This document shows positions 44,400-56,720 of a stretch of 64,000 nt of DNA, in pieces; the first letter of the stretch is position 1; every line of letters starts with the position of its first letter. The DNA is taken from assembly GCA_964016885.1 (NCBI GenBank), contig OZ024746.1:48794001-48858000 (forward strand), in the 5' to 3' direction. Source of the stretch: Eledone cirrhosa (Eukaryota). Position numbers and translations under genes: made by a program. Below the pieces are notes generated by a model. The model saw nothing but the letters and a program-made list of their open reading frames with translations. It did not search any database and was not told the origin of the DNA.

Positions 44400-44700
44400 T
44401 ATTGTTGGTGTTGTTGGTGTTGTTTTTGTTGTTATTGTAGGTGTTACTGTTGTTTTTGTATGTTCTTATTTCTACTGCAGTGTATGTTGTAGTCTCTGCT
44501 TATTATTATTATTATTGTTGTTGTTATTTTTGCTGCTACCTTCGTTGATTTTGCTACCATTATTCTTTTCACTCGTCTTACTGAAGTATTTGTTGTTATT
44601 TTTGTTATTGCTCCAGTAATTTTTCCTTTGCTGTTGTTTTTTCTACTTTTATTCTTGTTACTGACCATACCCAGCCAGTTGTTATTGCTGTTGCCGTTAA
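44400..44700. repeat. degenerate (TTG/TTA)n low-complexity tract
   Basis: direct reading; explains the poly-L/V pseudo-ORFs. Confidence 0.8.
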
Positions 44701-45002
44701 GTTTTATTTAATATTTTTTTTAATGTCTATATTGTTCCTTAATCTTGCTGCAGCGTTTATGTTTGAATACTGGTGCTATCTTTGTGCTTCATTCTGGTTT
44801 TGTTTACTTCGTGACTGGAACAGTAAAAATAATAATAATAATAATAATTGTACAATAATTACCAATTGATATAACTTCTCTTCTGTAAAACTGCCAAACA
44901 CCAAATATGTAGTCACCATTTAGATATTTTGTAAATGAAAGTTTTTTTGTTTTGAGCAGGTGCATTTTCAATAGTATTCAAGTGATATTTAAATGACATT
45001 CA

Positions 45003-45135
45003 GTTAACAGAATCGTGAGAGCGTCGGACAAATACCTTGCGGTAGGTCTTCCGGCTGTTTGTGTTCTGAGTTCAAATCCCACCGCGCCAATATTCAGTCG
45101 GAACTGATAAATAAAATGCTAGTAAAATACTGGGT
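45003..45135 (+). mobile_element. diverged SINE (family A-related head)
   Basis: CAGAATCGTGAGAGCGTCGGACAAA...TTCTGAGTTCAAATCCCACCG resembles the SINE head at 52343. Confidence 0.7.
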
Positions 45136-45729
45136 CTGGTTTTTCTCTCTCTTTCTCCTTAGCCCATTCCTAATCGTTTACCTTGCTGGGAGACTCCTCA
45201 CAGTATTCCTTGCCTCGAAATAATGGAAGAAGGTGGACTGGGTTGATAGCAGACGATTGTCATCTAGCATGCTACAAAGAACCGAATAAAAAAACACGCC
45301 CGATTAACCTAGAAATGGTAGTCGTAAAAGAAGCAATGTGTTATACTGTAAAAAACGGTTTCAAACCAAAACTTAAAACTATAGCCATTCCATTAAATTC
45401 AGGAATGATATTCCCCTGGCACCTTATCAAACGAAAAAAATCTGTTTTCGGGGATATTTGCCTCCTATTTCCATTAGGTCGAGTCACTCTGTAGAAACAT
45501 GCCCGTTAGTTTATCTTTCTGTTTGCTGTTACTATTTAGGCCTGTTTATAACACACGTGGCGGTTATGATAGGACAGCAGATTTATTCATTAATCTCTAT
45601 GTACGATTATATGAACCAATCCGTTTCTTTTCAAAATTTGATATAGATTTTCTGAAAATTTTACCATGTCGATTTCCCTCGTAGTCTTCCTCGTTGTATC
45701 GTTGGCGTCGCCGTCGTCATAGTTGCTTC

Positions 45730-45775
45730 AGTAGTAGTAGTATAATAGTAGTAGTAGTAGTAGTAGTAGCAGTAG
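45730..45775. repeat. (GTA)n microsatellite
   Basis: direct reading. Confidence 0.9.
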
Positions 45776-46019
45776 AAAACGTTGTGGTGTTGCTTAGGGA
45801 GGTGAAGGTGTTCATGGTAGTAGTTATTGTAATAACAATTGTTATGATAGATCTTGTAGTAGTATTGCTGTCTATCATTTAGACTAATTTATACTAAAAG
45901 AGAAGTTGAACTGTAAAGAAATACATTCTGGACAGCAGCAATGTAAGAATCTACACGAGAAGTCATTAATTCAAATAGAAATTCTTCAGTCGATGTTTCG
46001 AGATCCATATTAAGGTAAA

Positions 46020-46205
46020 GTGGCTGCTCAGCTGCCTGAATATACCAAACAAATCTCCCAACTCTAGTTAGAATTCAAGTTAGAATGCATCGGCTAAATA
46101 TATTTATAAAACACTGCTTCCGATGGAAAATAAGGTATGATGATTGCTGGAACATCTTTGAACATAGATCCTCTCGATCAATATATACCTGGATCTAAAC
46201 AATAA
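46020..46205 (+). mobile_element. diverged interspersed repeat (family D), related to 56915-57085
   Basis: shared motif order: CTGC..GAA.TA.C..AAATCTC, then ATG..TGCTGGAAC..CTTTGA..., GATC..., CTAAACAA. Confidence 0.45.
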
Positions 46206-48146
46206 TGATGTTTTAATGATCTCGTGTTACATCCATCTAGGCCCAATTCCTTGTACCTCCATCTTGTCATGCATATTATTTCTGTTCCCCATACTAACCA
46301 AAATCCGCAATATCCCTCTTGCAATATTCTCCGATAATGTTTGATAAACATCTCCTCTCTCAGAGGGTTAGTAATAACAATAGATACCAGCATTTTCTCC
46401 GTCACACGAACAATGCAGTGTCCATGTTGAACTCCGTGCAGTGTCCATGTTGAAGTCGGTAAGCCCCTTAAAGTCCTAACCCACACAACTACATATAATA
46501 TGCACTCATAGACGACACATGATTGAATATAATATAGCTTGATAGACAGCTTGGCAAAGTTCTGACCTTTTAAGTACTGTTGCAGTAACTTACGAGAACC
46601 AGAAAGCTACGCTTTTCTAATATGTATTGCAGCCTGCTCAAAACATAAGAATTGATATATATAGACTGTCAGTCAGAACATACATATAAAGTTGTTAATG
46701 AAGTGACATCTAAGTTTGAATATTTATACTCATAATTCAACTAATTGTTTATCGTTTGCTTTAAGTAGTGTTTTATTTTTACGTTTTATTTTTAAGTAGT
46801 GTTTTATTTTTACGTTTGGCAATACAAATATATTTTAGACGAAATTCACGCTAGAATGACAACGTATTTTTTCGCTATAATGTAATATTTTTATAGCTTT
46901 CAAAATGAAGGATTTTACAAATTTTGCATTCTTTAAACACATAAAATACAAATAAGTGGAAATATTAAGAATAAACTAAGAAATAAATGCAGTTTCACAA
47001 TTTCGTTTATGAGTGAAAGTTTAAATTTTTCGGTTAAGTAACTATGAATATTAAAAATATTATTGATTTTTACAAATATGCAAATGTACTATTTTTCTCT
47101 CTCTCTCATTCTCTTTTTTTCTTTCTTCAGATTTATATATACATACACGTGTGTGTATGTGTGTTATACTATATACAAATTAAATACAACTAATCTGAAC
47201 TGCGGTGGTTGGCAGAAAAATGATTATTCATATTGTTAACTGTTACAGTGTTATACAAGACCAGTTTAGTTATACACAGAATTGGGTATATTATATAAAG
47301 CCAGAGACTACTAATACGCTTTGTAGTTCATAAAGAACTTGATTTTTAAAGCACGTAAAAGAGCTTTGAACATAATCAGACCAATCTCTATTTTCTAACT
47401 GGAGAGTGAAAAAAGGTAGTTTTTAACGCAGTATCTAACTTTCTCAGCTAGACAAAAAGTCCATCATTGTTTAATTTACCTAATATCAACATATATCCTA
47501 ACGCTGTGTGTGTTTCTAGCAATTGATCCATAAGTTCACATTGCCAATGTTTGCACGGTTCTTCAAGTTTTAAAAGACCAATTTAGCTCGAACTGGGAAT
47601 TTGTATACTATTCCCCTTGTGAGTAGGAAAATGTGTGAGCAATGATTTAAAATGCAACAAAATGTTGAAATTAAATCGATCACTATATATCTAAGCAAAA
47701 ACGATGTAGTTTAATGACGGTTTGTTAATTTCACACTAATATTAAAACAGATTTATTGAACACCCATCCTCGTAATATACTTTAAACATTCATCCTAACA
47801 CTCTATTAATTACATATTTACATTACCAATAGTTGTACTGTTGGTTGAATTAAAGCGGCCTTATTTTCTTTATAATTCTTAAGTAAAAAAATATAGGGAT
47901 AAGCTACAATTGACTCAGTCATCATAACCTTTGTCATAACTCATTGTTGAAGCAGTAGAACGACCGCAGAAATTAACCAGATGAACTCATATTTTCTAGC
48001 CCTAGAAATAAAAACATTTAACATCAATGTCTACTTTCATGTATATATACATATATATACTCCCGTTCTCACTATAAACATACACAAGTTGAAGAATCCT
48101 TTGGGTGAAACACGTCCTCGACAATGGTTTGCTACTTTGTTGTGGA

Positions 48147-48200
48147 ACACACACACACACGCACACACACACACACACACACACACGCGCGCACACACAC

Positions 48201-48273
<73 letters not shown>

Positions 48274-48296
48274 CTCTTTCTCTCTCTCTCTCTATC

Positions 48297-48377
<81 letters not shown>

Positions 48378-48395
48378 GTATGTGTGTGTGTATAT
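48147..48395. repeat. compound microsatellite (CA)n(CT)n(TA)n
   Basis: direct reading. Confidence 0.97.
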
Positions 48396-48467
48396 AAATA
48401 TATACTTATTGTGTTTGTGTGTCTTTAAAAGGAGCACCCACTAACATACACACTCATACTTACATAT

Positions 48468-48650
48468 AATTGTTTCGACGTTAGGCACAAGGCCAGCAAT
48501 TACCCAGTGCATTACTGGTACTTTATTTTATCGACCCCGTAAGGATGATAGGCAAAGTTAACCTCGGTGGGATTTGAACTCAGAATGGTAGGGGCCGTAA
48601 CTCTATGCGTCAAAGCATGGCGTCCGACCCTCTACCGATACTGCCAATCC
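48468..48650 (-). mobile_element. tRNA-derived SINE (family A), internal-deletion variant
   Basis: Head TGGCAGTATCGGTAGAG and B-box GAGTTCAAATCCC on the minus strand; lacks the GGGGAGGGG...GTCGATTAAATCGAC segment. Confidence 0.9.
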
Positions 48651-49098
48651 ATATAATGAAGTGGTTCCTATCTCAGTCATTTGCTATAATTGTTATTTCT
48701 CAAATATTTCTCATACATTTAATACAGTATGTCATTTATGCATATATGCTGATCATTTCTGTAATTAAAACATCAATATATCATTTTTATCTTTAATCAT
48801 TGCCACGAGTCAGTGATTAACCTAAACTATCGGGCATTACTGGTATACATGGCCTACCAATCCTTGACTCCAGAAATTAAATACTTTAAATGTTATTACC
48901 ATCATTATTGGCGGCAGTGATCCATCTATCTGAAATAAATGAAATTTTTCCACTTCATGTTATTTGCGAAGTGACTAAACGAGGTTATTCCATGTTCAGA
49001 TAGGAACATCCATATATAGGCTTAGGCGTTTCAGCTTCAAGATATGTATTACACAATATAACATAAAACATAAAAATATGATAATCAAACTTTCACAG

Positions 49099-49180
49099 AT
49101 TCCAAAATTCATTTCAACGACGTAAAATTATATATATATATATATATATAATTCTACGTCGCTGAAATGAATTTTGGAAT
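49099..49180. repeat. near-perfect palindrome with (TA)n centre
   Basis: ATTCCAAAATTCATTTCAACGACGTAAAAT-(TA)n-ATTCTACGTCGCTGAAATGAATTTTGGAAT; 30-bp arms with 2 mismatches. Confidence 0.9.
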
Positions 49181-49247
49181 ATATATATATATATAAATTT
49201 ATAAATCCTTAAATTTATAAATTTAATTTATAATAAATTGGAGTCAA

Positions 49248-49254
<7 letters not shown>

Positions 49255-49320
<66 letters not shown>
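49255..49320. repeat. (TA)n microsatellite flanking the Penelope-like element
   Basis: direct reading. Confidence 0.95.
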
Positions 49321-49324
<4 letters not shown>

Positions 49325-49476
49325 ATGCTTTGGGAGGGTCATGTTGCCAATAAGAAACACACGCACCAGATGTTTTCCCTCCAATTTATTATAAATTAAA
49401 TTTATAAATTTAAGAATTTATAAATTTCCGGTTGGTTGGTTGGTTGGTTCCACAACCGGACGGCTGTTCATATATT

Positions 49477-49519
49477 GTCAAAGTTCTTTCGTCACACATT
49501 CTGTGACGTCTTCAGTGAC
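49477..49519 (-). ncRNA. candidate minimal type I hammerhead ribozyme in the PLE terminal repeat
   Basis: Minus strand reads GTCA-CTGAAGA-C-GTCACA-GAATG-TGTGAC-GAAA-GAAC-TT-TGAC: stem I GTCA/TGAC, CUGANGA core, stem II GTCACA/TGTGAC, GAAA, minimal stem III. Confidence 0.65.
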
Positions 49520-49716
49520 TGCGGATTATTTTCTTTGTTTTTGTGCCTCTCCTTTGTTCTGTCCTACGCCATCTTGTTTATGTGTGTGCTGTGTGCTTAG
49601 TTTGCGCATGTGTTACATCCGGGTGTCTGTGTGTGTTTATATTTGTTTATTTATGTGTTTATTTACTGGTTACTGGTTGGTTGTTTGTTTTGTGTGTATG
49701 TGTTTTCATTTTGTCC

Positions 49717-50200
49717 TTAATTGTTAGTTGTCATGTTGCTATTCCATTCATGTTTTCTATTTAATTTTGGTTGGAGTTCATTTATGTTTATTGCCTCTGT
49801 GATTTGTCTAAACATTGCGTCTTTTCTGTGTGTAGATTCTATTTTTATTTCTATGTTCTCTAATTTACACTATGTTCTATTTTAGCATGTTGGTGGAGTA
49901 CAGATGATTCTTTTCTATCTTGAAGCTCTCGCCAGTGTTCATTTATCCGTTCTCCTATACTACGAGCTGTCTCACCTATGTACACTATATTCTTATCTCT
50001 ACATTGTCCTTCAGTACATCTTATGCTATATACTACATTTCTAGTTTTACAGTTAATATGGGGGCTTAGTTTACAGATTATACATTTCTTATTTATACAG
50101 GGAGGTCTTTGAAAAGGGTATGTATTGCTAATAAGTGTTTTTTATGGAGGTACCTGGTCTTTCTACTATTTTAATATTGAGTTTATGTTTATCTATGGCC
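49717..50200 (-). pseudogene. GIY-YIG endonuclease C-terminal remnant of a Penelope-like element (frameshifted)
   Basis: Manual translation: ..KIVERPGTSIK / LISNTYPFQRPPCINKKCIICKLSPHINCKTRNVVYSIRCTEGQCRDKNIVYIGETARSIGERINEH..HQHAKIEH / ..DAMFRQITEAININELQPKLNRKHEW. The VVY...YIGET, R, E and N motifs of GIY-YIG are present, with a Cys-rich linker as in Neptune-type PLEs. Confidence 0.9.
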
Positions 50201-50472
50201 CTTCAAAATTGGTAAGCTAATTCACCTCTACAGGTCACAGAATGTGTGACGAAAGAACTTTGACAATATATGAACAACCGTCCGGTTGTGGAACCAACCA
50301 ACCAACTGGAAATTTATAAATTCTTAAATTTATAAATTTAATTTATAATAAATTGGAGTGAAAGCAACTGGTGCGTGTGTTTCTTATTGGCAACATGACC
50401 CTCCCAAAGCATAACAATATCGGTTTCAACACACGTTTTCAGATAAAGAATCTTGCTAAACTAATTCAGAAA

Positions 50473-50474
<2 letters not shown>

Positions 50475-50511
<37 letters not shown>
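50475..50511. repeat. (TA)n microsatellite
   Basis: direct reading. Confidence 0.95.
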
Positions 50512-50512
<1 letters not shown>

Positions 50513-51644
50513 TTTTCGCAATATGTACGGTTATTTTATTTATCATTTTTCTTGGGGGAGGAGGGACATAGTAATATAGCAATGATAATGTAATAGAGAA
50601 ATGCAGAAGGCGTATGGGTTTGTGAAAGTGAGAGTACACTATAAAAAATACCCTAATGGTATTGACAATTGTGATTACAACTATTATAATAGCAACCTAA
50701 GCAACAACGGAAATGATAATAATGAGAGCAATAACAACCAGTGCTACAAGCACATGAACAAGAGAATGTATTCTTCTCCGGGAATACAACTGCAATCGTC
50801 TACATATTTACAGTAGGTTAAAGAAAGCATGATTTTTTTTTTTTTTTGTATATTGCTATACTGAGTCGATAGAATAACATAGACATAGTGAAAGGGAATG
50901 AGAAAATAAGCGATGCAACGAAAAAGAAGATAAAATAGAATATTATTTGAAGTGAGGAAATACAGGAAAAAGAAAGTAAGGAGAAGGAATGAAATGTTAG
51001 GATACTTCGTGATGCTCCTGCTTATAATGATGTGGCCGGTGATGCTGAGGTTGGTGGTGAAGTTATTGTATATGATATATATAGTGAGGAAATAAAGAGG
51101 TAATAAAAGAGGAAAATTATATAGCTGAAAAGTAAATGAGAATGACGGAAAGAAATATAAAATAAATTCTAATATGATGGAGGTGGAGATGTGACAATAT
51201 ATAGGATCTGTAAGAAGCATTTCATTTTGAAAAAAAAAAAACATTGAAAGAAATAGAAAGAAGAAATTGATGAGGCAGAACAATTTGAAACAAATTAGAG
51301 TTAAGGAAAAAACATTCTTCAGTTGGAAGTAGATATGAGAAAAAGTGAAAACTTTTATAGTTATAACTATCTCAAATATATGAATTGTGTGGATGTACGT
51401 ATCAGTTGAAATAACTAGAAGTTATGTAACTGTGTGTTTATTAGTAACATTGTGGATTGAGGGGCTGGGTGAGTACTTATGGATTATTCGTCTGTTTCGA
51501 GGATGAGCATTCAGTTGTTTGATCAACTGAACGTGCAATTCATGAATTAACATATAAGTGCTTTTGTAATCCTAGACGAGAGCAATATGTCACAGTGTGT
51601 AATATTTGACTTATATATATAAACAATTCGATGGGTTTCCATTC

Positions 51645-51792
51645 CATTCGGTTTCCATTGACCCAATTTCACTCATAAAATTTGGGTCAACGTGAGGCTA
51701 CGGGAAAAAGACTTGCCCGCAGTACCCGGTAGCGGGGTCGAAACCGTGACCTCATGGTTTCGAGAGAAACTTCTTGATAACTAAACAATGCT
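51645..51792 (-). mobile_element. diverged SINE (family B, tRNA-like head)
   Basis: GTTTCC..CCAATTTCACTCATAA..TTGGGTCAAC..GAGGCTA..GACTTGCCC..GGGTCGAAACC; the minus strand gives a B-box-like GGTTTCGACCCC; resembles an octopus SINE from memory. Confidence 0.55.
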
Positions 51793-52011
51793 CGTGTATA
51801 TGAGTGAATGTTATATACATTCTAGAATATGTGGACATCTAAGTAGTATATGGATTACAAGTTGCATTGCCCTTTATGTACATGATAAACATGTTAGAGT
51901 CCGATGCATATGATATAAGGATTTGAAAATTGTCGATCAGTTGAGGTTTCCCAAGCAATTTGTAGGCTAAGACTCTCCCTTAGTAACCATTGTCGCCAGT
52001 CTTTTCTTCCC

Positions 52012-52125
52012 ACTGGAACAAAGTGAAATGAAAAATCTTGTTAAAGGATACATGTCACCCACTCTGGAAATTAAACTTATGATTGTAAGCCCAACATTTT
52101 AATAATTAGACCAGGCACATTCACG
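52012..52125 (-). mobile_element. diverged SINE fragment (family C)
   Basis: ACTGGAACAAAGTGAAATGAA...GGAAATTAAACTTATGATTGTAAGCC, similar to 56606-56690. Confidence 0.5.
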
Positions 52126-52212
52126 TTATACGTATATAGTGTACAATATTGATATAGAATTGGTGAAGGGAGAAAGCAAAGAAAAAAAACAAGCAGCCAT
52201 ATGAACTAACGA

Positions 52213-52330
52213 TCTGAGTTCAAATCCCGCCGAGGTTGACTTTGCCTTTCATCCTTACGGGGTCGATAAAATAAAGTACCACTGGGTAATTGCTGGCCTT
52301 GTGCCTAAAGTAAAAACAATTATTATTATT
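52213..52330 (+). mobile_element. SINE family A, 5'-truncated, deletion variant with (ATT)n tail
   Basis: TCTGAGTTCAAATCCCGCCGAGG...GGGGTCGATAAAATAAAGTACC ACTGGGTAATTGCTGGCCTTGTGCCTAAA...ATTATTATTATT. Confidence 0.9.
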
Positions 52331-52342
52331 GGCAGTCGTAAA

Positions 52343-52474
52343 GGCGATGATTTGGCAGTATCGGTAGAGGGTCGGACACCATGCTTTGACGCATAAAATT
52401 CCGGCCCTCGCTATTCTGAGTTCAAATCCCGCCGAGGTTAACTTTGCCTTTCATCCTTACGGGGTCGATAAAAT
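52343..52474 (+). mobile_element. SINE family A, head plus 5' body (3'-truncated)
   Basis: A-box TGGCAGTATCGG, B-box GAGTTCAAATCCC, body up to GGGGTCGATAAAAT. Confidence 0.9.
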
Positions 52475-53004
52475 ATCAGCCACTAAGTATAGATATTCTA
52501 AATATATTCAAGCAATAAATAAACAAATAAATGAATAAATATACAAAAATCTCATAGCTCACGTGATTTACGTTATGCATGCAGGATAAATACAATTCAT
52601 AAAGGTGTAATGTTGGGTTTATAGGTTACGGATGATGTTCAGCCTTTTCGATGGGTCGGGCGGAATTTTAAAATAATAATAATAATAATAATAGAGCAAA
52701 TAATGAAGAAATAGTATCAATACTGATAATGTAACAAAATACGATATGACCTACATTTTGAAATACCTTATTATTGGTTTCAAATTATCAACAGAAATCT
52801 ACGATTTAGAAACACAATCCTAACGTTCTTATAGTATCATAATAACTCCAATCATTAAAGCAGGCAACAAGAACACAACTATATATACATATTATATTTA
52901 TTGAAGATGTCTCCAAAAACTGTATTCACACTTCAACAGCATTCTAATCAATGTATGTATGCATTTTTGGGGACACCCTTATTAAAAGATTTAACATTTC
53001 GTCC

Positions 53005-53007
<3 letters not shown>

Positions 53008-53050
<43 letters not shown>

Positions 53051-53128
53051 GTAGGACACATGTATCTCATAATAATAAGCCCATTGATAAATACGCGCGC
53101 ACACATACACACACATACATACATACAT

Positions 53129-53206
<78 letters not shown>

Positions 53207-53315
53207 ATTATATATATAATTACACACACACACATATATATGTGTGTGTGTATAAGTATGTATTTATATATATATATATATACATACATATACACACACA
53301 CATATATATATAGAT
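53008..53315. repeat. compound (TA)n/(CA)n/(CATA)n microsatellite cluster
   Basis: direct reading. Confidence 0.9.
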
Positions 53316-53829
53316 ATGTGTTAATATTGTTATATATTTCGTTTGCAAAGTTATTCTTGATTTGCAATTCGTTTACGTTTTATTTATTTTTACTTTGCCT
53401 TTAGTACAGTCTGGCAATATTCTTAGAGCTAGACTCATTAACCAAGAAAAGAATCCAATTTATCAACTTAACAAGGCAAATAAAATGTTTCCTGTGGTGG
53501 CGCTATGCGTGTTTATTGTTATTTTTTCTAGAGATGCAATTATTTTATCACACTGCTTTCTTTAAACCAATAAAATAGACAGCATAGAATAAACTTGCAA
53601 CAAGGTGGTTTCGCCTTGTATTCAGCAAGACTTTTCTCGAATTTATGTCCTTTAAATATGTATAGCGTGAACCTAATACTATTTTGTATTTTTGCATCCC
53701 TGTGTTTGTTTTGTTTCATTTATCAAGTATATAAATGAGGTAGAGATTCGACTATAAACCTCTTCTAGCATCTTCAGGAGACGCTTGAGCAGGTTATAAA
53801 TTTTAGCGTCCAAGTGATAGTCCAGGAAA

Positions 53830-53950
53830 TTGGCACTAGTATGTTACTGGTACTGGTGTTTTTTTTATATATATATATATTAAACTTTAAAGGGTAAAAG
53901 ACAAATCTGGCACCAGCAAGGTTTGAACTTAAATTGTAGTGTGCCGGATA
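53830..53950 (-). mobile_element. highly diverged SINE family A fragment
   Basis: TTACTGGTAC..TTTT..GGGTAAAAGACAAA..GCAAGGTTTGAACT is collinear with the minus-strand family A copies. Confidence 0.4.
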
Positions 53951-54342
53951 ACAAGAGCAAGACTTCTTGCTTAAAGCTTTAGTAATTTTGCGAATCTTCC
54001 GCCCATTTCTACCGTCAATACCAATCCAAATACGTTGTATTCAGATATTAACAGAAAACATAATTTGCACAAAACCGGAATTACAAAGATTTGAAGTTTC
54101 GAGATTATATCGGATGACACATAATTCTGGCGTCCATGAATAGAATAATCAGCTCTTGGATACCTATGTCCAATAAAGAAAATAAAGGTGTTATATTTCA
54201 CGATGTAGTATATGGTATATGTCTGAGATGGTGGAAGACTGATGAATATCTGTATAATGTTTCAAATGAACATTATGAACCGATGAATGACAACACAAAC
54301 ATACATATAGATACAAATACAAGTTGTGCTTACCTACATATT

Positions 54343-54347
<5 letters not shown>

Positions 54348-54396
<49 letters not shown>
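54348..54396. repeat. (CA)n(TA)n microsatellite
   Basis: direct reading. Confidence 0.95.
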
Positions 54397-54397
<1 letters not shown>

Positions 54398-56484
54398 TTA
54401 AAAAAAATAAAGGTGTGACACACGAGTTGTGATATATTAGTAAAAAGGAGAAGAAAATGCTGACACATTTTTCCCAGTGAAAAATAGTTTGATTAGGAAT
54501 AAGTATAAATTAGTAATAAGTATTGGTTAGTATTCAGTTTTAGTTTTAAGTTTTTACCGGTTGCGCATTTCTAATGCTTTTCAAAAATAATTTTGAGATA
54601 GAGCGCTCGTGATGTTTGCTCTAATCAGATTAAACTTTAGACCAAGGATTACCACCGTCTATGGTTCCTCCAACTAGGCCACCGAGACTGCTACGAAAGT
54701 ATAATGCAAATTGATGATTATAAACTTACTTTCAAAATCAAAGTTTAAAAGGTGTGGTGTCGTTCATGGCTTTCCTAGAGGTATTAGTAATATTTCGGGT
54801 CGACTTCTGGTCATTATTGAAAGCCTTTGGATTTCGCAAAATTCATAATATTTTTATTGGAGAAGGTAAGATATTTTTCCGCAAAAATTTGATTGCACTG
54901 TTTTGTTTCCACTTATGTATTTTTTGAAAATGTTATTTATTCATTATAAAAATTTAATGATAGCATTCTATGTGTAGGTGGGCCTCCTTCATCTCCTGGC
55001 AACCAATATTTTAGACCTAGTCCGCTACTGTGTGTATATATATATATATATAGCTACTATAGAAACGGTATATTGGCTACAATTATTTCGCTGCAAACGG
55101 GATTTGGGCTTTAGATTTTTATTTTATCACAATCTTTACTATGTAGTTGCTCGGGCCTTCGATGATCTTCAAAGTGAAATGCTGAAAGTTCATGAGTCAC
55201 AGCAAAAGAGCGGGCGCAGTCAAAGAGTTCGATGCAAGGGAGGTAATTAGTTAATGCTAGAAAGTTGATACGATACTTTTTATATTTATTTACATTTAAA
55301 GTGATCAGACTTGGTGAAAAGTTTGAAAATAAAACAAATATGGGTAAAGGGATTTAATTAGTCAAATGTAGTTTGATAAATATGCAGCACCGACTTCCCC
55401 GTCTTTTAGTGTTATGGAAAACTACAGTTTCTAAGTTGAGCTTTCCTTATTTTCATCAATAGAATCTGATTTGAGATATATTTGTCTGATATTTCTAGCA
55501 GCTCGAGTTACCGTGTAGAAAATATTCCCTTTTATGTATGTATTACAGTGTGCGCGGTGTCAGTGTGTATTTTTGTACGCATGTGTGTGTGCTGCAATAC
55601 ACTGCAATGCAATGTCTAAGTGCTTTTTGTCAAACTTGCAGAACATTTGACATTTGTATTATTTATTCATATTCATTTTTCGTTACGTGGAGGAAACAAT
55701 GGTTTTATTTGTGTCGTTGCCGTTGATGTTGTAATATTGGCGTAATTCAGCTTCTAAACAATCAAAGCTAATATTTAATACGTTACAGAGGTTACCACAC
55801 AGTTTCCTTTCCTTCTATGTAATATCCATAGCTAGATTATCTAAGCAACATTCCTTTTTTGTTTCTCTAAGTTCAGAGTAAGGAGATGTGTCACTTATTT
55901 CTAGCAGGCTGAACGACCACGAAAATATTTCTCTCTTGTTGACTTGATGTTGTTTAATACAACTGGCGTCGAGTTAATCTTCTTTGCCCTGCGTCTCTCA
56001 GTCATTTAGTCTCTTAACAATACAAACAGTAGCCTTGTGATATGTCAGTATAAAGCCACGGTCATTATATATATTTTTTATTACCGTTATTGATATCAAT
56101 GTAAATATAACCTGACATTAGCAAATACACAAATAGAAAGATATTGCCTCTGTTGGAAGAACCTATGCCGCAAAACAATATCACTGAATAGAACAAATAT
56201 AGAACAAATTATAGAAGATATTATGGAGACGAATATATGCAAGTATGGTAAAAACACAAATATAGTCAAATAAAACAACCACGGATCTAAACAACACAAC
56301 TGGAAACGAGCCAACGAGAGAGCATGTACGCAGTCACTTCAGCTGCTAGAAATAGCTGTGGAAACTTCAAATTAAACCCCACTTATTCAACGTGACTTAC
56401 TCTATTGACTTGTTAAACAATACAACAGGACACAGTGATAGCCCTCTGTCGGTTCCAGCGGTGAATATTCTGGTCATAAAATTA

Positions 56485-56720
56485 ATATGCAAGTTATTAA
56501 GCATTCAAGTGAGACATCTATATTTAATGTAGCTCTCAGGAAGAGTCAGCCAGACAGATCAGGTCTTTGGAATTACAGGTAAAAGCCATTTTACAAGATA
56601 AGTTGACTGAAACAACGTGAAATAAATATATTTCTCAAAAACACAACGCACTACCAGGAATCAATCTGTCGAACTTATGATTGTGAGCCTAACGCACCGA
56701 TCGTTACGTTAATCCCCTTA
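56485..56720 (-). mobile_element. diverged SINE (family C)
   Basis: GACTGAAACAACGTGAAATAAA...CACAACGCAC..CCAGGAATC..ACTTATGATTGTGAGCC; related to 52012-52125. Confidence 0.5.

Larger units (their letters stand above)
49317..50420 (-). mobile_element. 5'-truncated Penelope-like retroelement with inverted pseudo-LTR
   Basis: ~190-bp inverted repeats (49317-49507 and 50234-50420) enclose a GIY-YIG endonuclease remnant, in (TA)n context. Confidence 0.88.

Noticed and set aside
46178-46486. 102-aa minus-strand ORF or possible old LINE fragment
   Set aside because: No convincing motif; resemblance too weak to call
43177-46818. Small two-copy tandem duplications (~43178-43232, ~46415-46454, ~46761-46817)
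   Set aside because: Ordinary slippage duplications of 20-30 bp with no further structure
47090-47130. Strong polypyrimidine tract plus CAG as a splice acceptor
   Set aside because: Followed by low-complexity TA/TG sequence, with no plausible exon
52343-52432. tRNA gene
   Set aside because: The A and B boxes belong to a SINE head continuous with the SINE body; no proper cloverleaf is evident
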